DNA of 64,000 nucleotides from Escherichia coli (GTDB lineage Bacteria; Pseudomonadota; Gammaproteobacteria; Enterobacterales; Enterobacteriaceae): NCBI RefSeq assembly GCF_041886205.1, contig NZ_CP169029.1; one strand, 5' to 3'. Shown piece by piece: positions 58,285 to 64,000 of this stretch (position 1 is its first letter; each line of letters starts with the position of its first letter). The notes under the pieces were generated by a model. It saw only the letters and a program-made list of their open reading frames with translations, ran no database searches and was not told where the DNA came from. The position numbers and the translations under genes were made by a program.

Positions 58285-59307
58285 GTGACCTTCTGGAGTA
58301 TTTTACGCCAACGCTGCTGGGGGCTGGTGCTCGTGGTGGCGGGCGTCTGCGTGATTACGTTTATTATCTCACATCTGATCCCTGGTGATCCGGCGCGGTT
58401 ACTGGCGGGTGACCGCGCCAGCGATGCTATCGTGGAAAATATTCGCCAGCAACTGGGACTGGACCAGCCACTGTATGTACAGTTTTACCGCTACGTCAGC
58501 GACCTGTTTCATGGTGACCTGGGAACATCCATTCGTACCGGGCGTCCGGTGCTGGAAGAGTTGCGTATATTTTTCCCGGCGACGCTGGAGCTGGCTTTTT
58601 GTGCCCTGCTGCTGGCACTCTTGATTGGCATCCCGCTGGGCATACTCTCTGCAGTCTGGCGAAATCGCTGGCTGGATCATCTGGTGCGAATAATGGCGAT
58701 TACCGGAATCTCCACACCTGCGTTCTGGCTTGGGCTGGGCGTCATTGTGCTGTTTTATGGTCATCTGCAAATTCTTCCCGGCGGCGGAAGGCTTGATGAC
58801 TGGCTGGATCCACCAACGCACGTTACCGGCTTTTATCTGCTCGATGCGTTGCTTGAAGGCAACGGTGAAGTCTTCTTCAATGCGTTGCAACATCTCATCT
58901 TACCGGCATTAACGCTGGCGTTTGTTCACCTGGGAATTGTCGCCCGCCAGATCCGTTCAGCGATGCTGGAACAATTGAGTGAAGACTACATTCGTACCGC
59001 CCGGGCCAGCGGCTTGCCCGGCTGGTGTATCGTTTTATGTTATGCGCTACCCAATGCGTTGATCCCATCGATTACCGTATTGGGTCTGGCGCTGGGCGAT
59101 TTGTTGTATGGCGCAGTGCTCACCGAAACCGTTTTTGCCTGGCCCGGAATGGGTGCATGGGTAGTAACATCAATACAGGCGCTCGACTTCCCGGCAGTGA
59201 TGGGCTTTGCCGTCGTGGTTTCATTTGCTTATGTGCTGGTCAACCTGGTGGTGGATTTGCTCTATTTGTGGATTGATCCGCGTATCGGACGTGGAGGTGG
59301 TGAATGA
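58285..59307 (+). CDS. ddpB: DdpB, ABC transporter permease (340 aa)
   Basis: DppB-like permease; operon order. Confidence 0.9.
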   Translation: MTFWSILRQRCWGLVLVVAGVCVITFIISHLIPGDPARLLAGDRASDAIVENIRQQLGLDQPLYVQFYRYVSDLFHGDLGTSIRTGRPVLEELRIFFPATLELAFCALLLALLIGIPLGILSAVWRNRWLDHLVRIMAITGISTPAFWLGLGVIVLFYGHLQILPGGGRLDDWLDPPTHVTGFYLLDALLEGNGEVFFNALQHLILPALTLAFVHLGIVARQIRSAMLEQLSEDYIRTARASGLPGWCIVLCYALPNALIPSITVLGLALGDLLYGAVLTETVFAWPGMGAWVVTSIQALDFPAVMGFAVVVSFAYVLVNLVVDLLYLWIDPRIGRGGGE

Positions 59308-60200
59308 TGCTAAGCGAGGAAACGTCCGCCGTACGCCCACAAAAACAAACGCGATTTAACGGTGCAAAACTGGTATGGATGCTGAAAGGCAGTCCGCTCA
59401 CCGTGACCGGCGCAGTCATCATTGTATTAATGCTACTGATGATGATTTTTTCACCGTGGCTGGCGACGCATGATCCCAACGCCATTGATTTAACCGCCCG
59501 CCTTTTGCCGCCTTCTGCGGCGCACTGGTTTGGCACCGATGAAGTGGGACGCGATCTGTTCAGCCGCGTACTGGTCGGCAGTCAGCAATCAATTCTCGCC
59601 GGATTAGTGGTGGTCGCCATTGCGGGTATGATTGGTTCGCTACTCGGATGTCTATCCGGTGTGCTTGGCGGACGCGCAGACGCCATCATCATGCGCATCA
59701 TGGACATTATGCTGTCGATTCCTTCGTTGGTACTGACAATGGCACTGGCTGCCGCTCTCGGGCCGAGTTTGTTTAACGCCATGCTGGCTATTGCTATTGT
59801 GCGAATTCCCTTTTATGTGCGCCTGGCGCGGGGGCAAGCATTAGTTGTACGCCAGTATACCTATGTTCAGGCGGCGAAAACCTTTGGTGCGTCGCGTTGG
59901 CATCTGATCAGCTGGCATATTTTACGTAACTCCCTGCCGCCGCTGATCGTGCAGGCATCGCTGGATATCGGTAGCGCGATTTTAATGGCCGCCACGTTGG
60001 GATTTATTGGCCTGGGTGCTCAACAACCGAGTGCTGAATGGGGCGCGATGGTAGCGAATGGTCGCAACTATGTACTCGATCAGTGGTGGTATTGCGCATT
60101 TCCGGGGGCAGCGATTTTGCTTACCGCCGTTGGGTTTAATCTCTTTGGTGATGGTATTCGCGATCTGCTTGACCCGAAAGCAGGAGGAAAGCAGTTATGA
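59304..60200 (+). CDS. ddpC: DdpC, ABC transporter permease (298 aa)
   Basis: DppC-like permease; overlapping start and stop with neighbours. Confidence 0.9.
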   Translation: MMLSEETSAVRPQKQTRFNGAKLVWMLKGSPLTVTGAVIIVLMLLMMIFSPWLATHDPNAIDLTARLLPPSAAHWFGTDEVGRDLFSRVLVGSQQSILAGLVVVAIAGMIGSLLGCLSGVLGGRADAIIMRIMDIMLSIPSLVLTMALAAALGPSLFNAMLAIAIVRIPFYVRLARGQALVVRQYTYVQAAKTFGASRWHLISWHILRNSLPPLIVQASLDIGSAILMAATLGFIGLGAQQPSAEWGAMVANGRNYVLDQWWYCAFPGAAILLTAVGFNLFGDGIRDLLDPKAGGKQL

Positions 60201-61183
60201 CCCAACCCGTTCTGGACATTCAACAACTGCATTTGAGTTTCCCCGGTTTTAACGGTGATGTTCACGCGCTCAACAATGTGTCCTTGCAGATTAACCGCGG
60301 TGAAATTGTCGGTCTGGTGGGAGAATCCGGCTCAGGTAAATCAGTCACCGCAATGCTGATTATGCGTCTGCTACCGACGGGCAGTTATTGCGTACATCGG
60401 GGGCAGATTTCCCTGCTGGGAGAAGATGTTCTTAACGCGCGGGAAAAACAGCTTCGTCAGTGGCGCGGCGCACGAGTGGCGATGATCTTTCAGGAACCGA
60501 TGACCGCCCTCAATCCGACACGTCGAATAGGTCTTCAGATGATGGACGTGATCCGCCATCATCAACCAATAAGTCGTCGGGAAGCCAGAGCTAAAGCGAT
60601 TGACCTGCTGGAAGAGATGCAAATCCCGGATGCCGTGGAAGTTATGTCGCGCTATCCGTTTGAGCTTTCAGGTGGTATGCGCCAGCGGGTAATGATTGCG
60701 CTGGCATTCTCCTGCGAGCCGCAATTGATTATTGCCGACGAACCGACTACGGCGCTGGACGTCACGGTACAGTTGCAGGTACTGCGTTTGCTTAAACATA
60801 AAGCTCGAGCCAGTGGAACTGCGGTGCTGTTCATCAGCCATGATATGGCCGTGGTGTCGCAACTGTGCGATAGCGTTTACGTGATGTATGCCGGAAGCGT
60901 GATTGAGAGCGGCGTGACGGCAGACGTTATCCATCATCCCCGGCATCCGTATACCATTGGTTTGCTGCAATGCGCACCAGAACATGGAATACCGCGCCAG
61001 CCATTACCCGCCATTCCAGGGACGGTACCAAATCTCACCCATTTGCCTGACGGCTGCGCTTTTCGCGATCGTTGTTATGCGGCAGGTGCACAGTGTGAAA
61101 ACGTCCCGGCGCTGACAGCGTGTGGTGACAACAACCAGCGCTGCGCCTGTTGGTATCCGCAGCAGGAGGTCATAAGTGTCTGA
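60197..61183 (+). CDS. ddpD: DdpD, ABC transporter ATPase (328 aa)
   Basis: Walker A GESGSGKS, signature LSGGMRQR, Walker B IIADEPTTALD. Confidence 0.9.
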   Translation: MTQPVLDIQQLHLSFPGFNGDVHALNNVSLQINRGEIVGLVGESGSGKSVTAMLIMRLLPTGSYCVHRGQISLLGEDVLNAREKQLRQWRGARVAMIFQEPMTALNPTRRIGLQMMDVIRHHQPISRREARAKAIDLLEEMQIPDAVEVMSRYPFELSGGMRQRVMIALAFSCEPQLIIADEPTTALDVTVQLQVLRLLKHKARASGTAVLFISHDMAVVSQLCDSVYVMYAGSVIESGVTADVIHHPRHPYTIGLLQCAPEHGIPRQPLPAIPGTVPNLTHLPDGCAFRDRCYAAGAQCENVPALTACGDNNQRCACWYPQQEVISV

Positions 61184-62102
61184 CACGTTATTAACGTTAC
61201 GCGACGTCCATATCAATTTCCCGGCCCGTAAAAACTGGCTTGGTAAAACTACGGAACATGTTCATGCGATTAATGGTATTGATTTACAGATCCGCCGTGG
61301 TGAAACCTTAGGGATCGTCGGTGAGTCAGGCTGCGGCAAAAGCACCCTCGCACAGCTTTTAATGGGCATGCTGCAACCGAGCCACGGGCAGTACATCCGT
61401 TCAGGCTCACAACGCATTATGCAGATGGTGTTTCAGGACCTGCTCTCTTCGCTTAATCCGCGCTTACCGGTGTGGCGCATCATCACAGAACCGCTCTGGA
61501 TAGCTAAGCGTAGTAGTGAACAACAGCGGCGAGCGTTGGCAGAGGAGCTGGCTGTGCAGGTGGGTATTCGTCCGGAGTATCTCGTCCGCCTGCCTCATGC
61601 GTTCTCCGGCGGGCAGCGGCAACGCATCGCCATTGCCAGAGCACTCTCTTCGCAGCCTGACGTGATTGTGCTTGATGAGCCAACCTCTGCGCTGGATATC
61701 TCCGTTCAGGCGCAGATCCTCAATTTACTGGTAACGCTACAGGAAAATCACGGGCTGACCTATGTGCTGATTTCACACAATGTCTCGGTGATACGTCATA
61801 TGAGCGATCGGGTGGCGGTGATGTATCTCGGGCAGATTGTAGAACTGGGCGACGCGCAGCAGGTGCTGACGGCACCTGCACATCCATACACCCGATTATT
61901 GCTGGATTCCCTCCCCGCCATTGATAAACCACTGGAGGAAGAATGGGCATTACGTAAAACGGATCTACCGGGAAACCGCACGTTGCCGCAAGGCTGTTTT
62001 TTCTACGAACGTTGCCCTCTGGCAACCCACGGATGTGAAGTCCGGCAATCATTAGCAATAAGGGAGGACGGACGTGAGCTCCGGTGCTGGCGGGCGCTGT
62101 AG
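61176..62102 (+). CDS. ddpF: DdpF, ABC transporter ATPase (308 aa)
   Basis: Walker A GESGCGKS, signature FSGGQRQR, Walker B IVLDEPTSALD. Confidence 0.9.
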   Translation: MSDTLLTLRDVHINFPARKNWLGKTTEHVHAINGIDLQIRRGETLGIVGESGCGKSTLAQLLMGMLQPSHGQYIRSGSQRIMQMVFQDLLSSLNPRLPVWRIITEPLWIAKRSSEQQRRALAEELAVQVGIRPEYLVRLPHAFSGGQRQRIAIARALSSQPDVIVLDEPTSALDISVQAQILNLLVTLQENHGLTYVLISHNVSVIRHMSDRVAVMYLGQIVELGDAQQVLTAPAHPYTRLLLDSLPAIDKPLEEEWALRKTDLPGNRTLPQGCFFYERCPLATHGCEVRQSLAIREDGRELRCWRAL

Positions 62103-62110
62103 AGATGCTA

Positions 62111-62156
62111 ACAACGCATCAGGCATTCACGCGCCTGACGCGTCATCCGGCAATGC
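62111..62156. repeat. REP-like palindromic element between the convergent ddpF and osmC genes
   Basis: CGCATCAGGC ... GCCTGACGCG imperfect inverted repeat, internal palindrome TGACGCGTCA, and GCCGGATG / GCCTGATGCG REP-type motifs on the reverse strand. Confidence 0.4.
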
Positions 62157-62157
62157 T

Positions 62158-62589
62158 TTACGATTTCAACTGGTAATCCAGCGTAATTTCCGCTTTCAGT
62201 ACCTGAGAGACCGGGCATCCTGCTTTTGCTTTCTGGATGATGCCGTCAAAGGTAGAGGCATCAATACCCGGCACCGCAATTTCACTCTTCAGTGCGATTT
62301 TCGTAATCGCAAAACCGGCATCCACTTTATCCAGCGACACATCGGCGGTGGTATCAATCGATGTTGGCGTGAATCCTGCTTCTCCCAGCATTAATGAAAG
62401 CGCCATTGAGAAACATGCGGCATGTGCTGCGCCAATCAGTTCTTCAGGGTTGGTTCCTTTTTCGCCTTCAAAACGCGTGTTAAATCCATACGGCTGTTGG
62501 TTCAGCACGCCGCTCTCGGTGGATACTGTTCCCTTCCCGCGTTTGATATCGCCTTCCCAGTGTGCCTGACCTTTCTTATGGATTGTCAT
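62158..62589 (-). CDS. osmC: OsmC, osmotically inducible peroxiredoxin (143 aa)
   Basis: OsmC/Ohr fold with the two conserved Cys residues; convergent with ddpF. Confidence 0.9.
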   Translation of the reverse strand: MTIHKKGQAHWEGDIKRGKGTVSTESGVLNQQPYGFNTRFEGEKGTNPEELIGAAHAACFSMALSLMLGEAGFTPTSIDTTADVSLDKVDAGFAITKIALKSEIAVPGIDASTFDGIIQKAKAGCPVSQVLKAEITLDYQLKS

Positions 62590-62934
62590 TGTTGCTCTCC
62601 TGTGGGCTTAAAAAGGAAATTATAGACTACGTGAGAAACAGCACGAGGATAAGCAGGATATTCCGAATAAAATCAGGCAGAAAATATTACTTCTGCACTT
62701 AAATTAAATTCCCACAATAGATAACCGGGAATATATATCTCAAGAGATATTGCATCAATATCAATCAACTCGCCACAATAATAATACCTATCAATATCAT
62801 GGGGTTAAAATATAAAAATCATCAACTAGGACTAATCTTAACAACGAAGCGGCAAATATTTGCCATGCTGAATGTGCTTTATAAATCTGCGATCCGTAGC
62901 AGACACCATAAATACACAGACACGGAGAATCACT

Positions 62935-63150
62935 ATGTTTACTTATTATCAGGCAGAAAATTCAACAGCAGAACCCGCTCTGGTTAATGTCATTGAGCAA
63001 GGCCTTCGGGCAGAGCACGGTGTTGTCACTGAAGATGACATTCTCATGGAGCTGACCAAATGGGTGGAAGCTTCTGATAACGACATCCTCAGTGATATCT
63101 ACCAGCAAACGATCAATTATGTGGTCAGTGGCCAGCACCCTACGCTTTAA
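62935..63150 (+). CDS. bdm: Bdm, biofilm-dependent modulation protein (71 aa)
   Basis: MFTYYQAENSTAEPALVNVIEQGLRAEHGVVTEDDILMELTKWVEASDNDILSDIYQQTINYVVSGQHPTL; ORF-track start trimmed by 21 codons. Confidence 0.85.
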   Translation: MFTYYQAENSTAEPALVNVIEQGLRAEHGVVTEDDILMELTKWVEASDNDILSDIYQQTINYVVSGQHPTL

Positions 63151-63251
63151 GGTGCTATGCTTGATCGGCAACCTAATTTAGGGGTTTAGCACGTGTTTCT
63201 TCGCTACGGCGATGTTGTCCTTAAAACTAGCAACAGGATTGAGGAGTTAAA

Positions 63252-63389
63252 ATGAAATCGAACCGTCAGGCACGTCATATTCTTGGACTGGACCATAAAA
63301 TATCTAACCAGCGCAAAATAGTTACCGAAGGTGACAAATCCAGCGTGGTAAATAACCCAACCGGCAGAAAACGCCCCGCTGAAAAGTAA
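63252..63389 (+). CDS. sra: Sra (RpsV), stationary-phase ribosome-associated protein (45 aa)
   Basis: Short [48 protein letters not shown] preceded by GAGGAG RBS; below the ORF-track length cut-off. Confidence 0.8.
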
Positions 63390-63545
63390 TTCATAACCAT
63401 CAGTCCTCAATGACGATTAAACACCATTGCCTGCGCAATGGTGTTTTTGTTTTTATCTGCTTTATACTTGAGGCCGACGCCCTGGCGGTAAAGCAAAGAC
63501 GATAAAAGCCCCCCAGGGATGGATATTCAAAAAAGAGTGAGTGAC

Positions 63546-64000
63546 ATGGAACCAAAAACAAAAAAACAGCGTTCGCTTTATATCCCTTACGCTGGCCCTG
63601 TACTGCTGGAATTTCCGTTGTTGAATAAAGGCAGTGCCTTCAGCATGGAAGAACGCCGTAACTTCAACCTGCTGGGGTTACTGCCGGAAGTGGTCGAAAC
63701 CATCGAAGAACAAGCGGAACGAGCATGGATCCAGTATCAGGGATTCAAAACCGAAATCGACAAACACATCTACCTGCGTAACATCCAGGACACTAACGAA
63801 ACCCTCTTCTACCGTCTGGTAAACAATCATCTTGATGAGATGATGCCTGTTATTTATACCCCAACCGTCGGCGCAGCCTGTGAGCGTTTTTCTGAGATCT
63901 ACCGCCGTTCACGCGGCGTGTTTATCTCTTACCAGAACCGGCACAATATGGACGATATTCTGCAAAACGTGCCGAACCATAATATTAAAGTGATTGTGGT
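63546..64000 (+). CDS. maeA: MaeA (SfcA), NAD-dependent malic enzyme, 5' portion (continues beyond the window)
   Basis: [55 protein letters not shown]...; an in-frame alternative ATG lies at 63519; no stop before the window end. Confidence 0.85.
   Translation, partial: MEPKTKKQRSLYIPYAGPVLLEFPLLNKGSAFSMEERRNFNLLGLLPEVVETIEEQAERAWIQYQGFKTEIDKHIYLRNIQDTNETLFYRLVNNHLDEMMPVIYTPTVGAACERFSEIYRRSRGVFISYQNRHNMDDILQNVPNHNIKVIV

Noticed and set aside
58399-58893. 164-aa minus-strand ORF within ddpB
   Set aside because: Antisense to an ABC permease gene in an operon with overlapping stops and starts; no features of a real gene.
63519-63545. Upstream in-frame ATG as the maeA start ([14 protein letters not shown]...)
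   Set aside because: Not rejected outright: both starts are possible; 63546 was chosen because [12 protein letters not shown] is the start I recall for MaeA, and the alternative is noted in the feature.

Overview
This window reads as an Escherichia coli chromosomal segment in the reverse orientation to the K-12 map, running from the lsr (AI-2) locus through hipBA, the ydeQRS/ydeP/safA-ydeO acid-resistance neighbourhood, yddA-yddB-pqqL, gadBC, yddW, dosCP and ddpXABCDF to osmC, bdm, sra and the start of maeA. All gene identities are from reading the translations against remembered protein families; no database search was run. Most of the window is ordinary core genome. The parts worth a second look are: (1) two independent inactivating lesions in the AI-2 importer, a 10-nt frameshift deletion in lsrA and an in-frame amber stop in lsrC, while the rest of the lsr locus looks intact; (2) an IS-scarred accessory segment of about 11 kb between hipA and the ydeT fimbrial remnant (about 17.0-28.2 kb) carrying a truncated autotransporter fused to an IS3-family fragment, a transporter + glycoside hydrolase + LacI-type regulator module with a perfect palindromic candidate operator, and a tcuRABC tricarballylate locus; (3) a complete 1258-bp IS3 with a 3-bp AAT direct repeat inserted in the fimbrial remnant; (4) an IS200/IS605-family tnpA whose reading frame runs antisense into the 3' end of lsrG; (5) an apparently intact 1806-aa autotransporter (yneO-type). 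I found no CRISPR array, no tRNA or rRNA gene, and no unexplained long ORF that would suggest a novel defence or toxin system; every ORF of 150 aa or more that is not annotated below lies antisense inside a confident gene.
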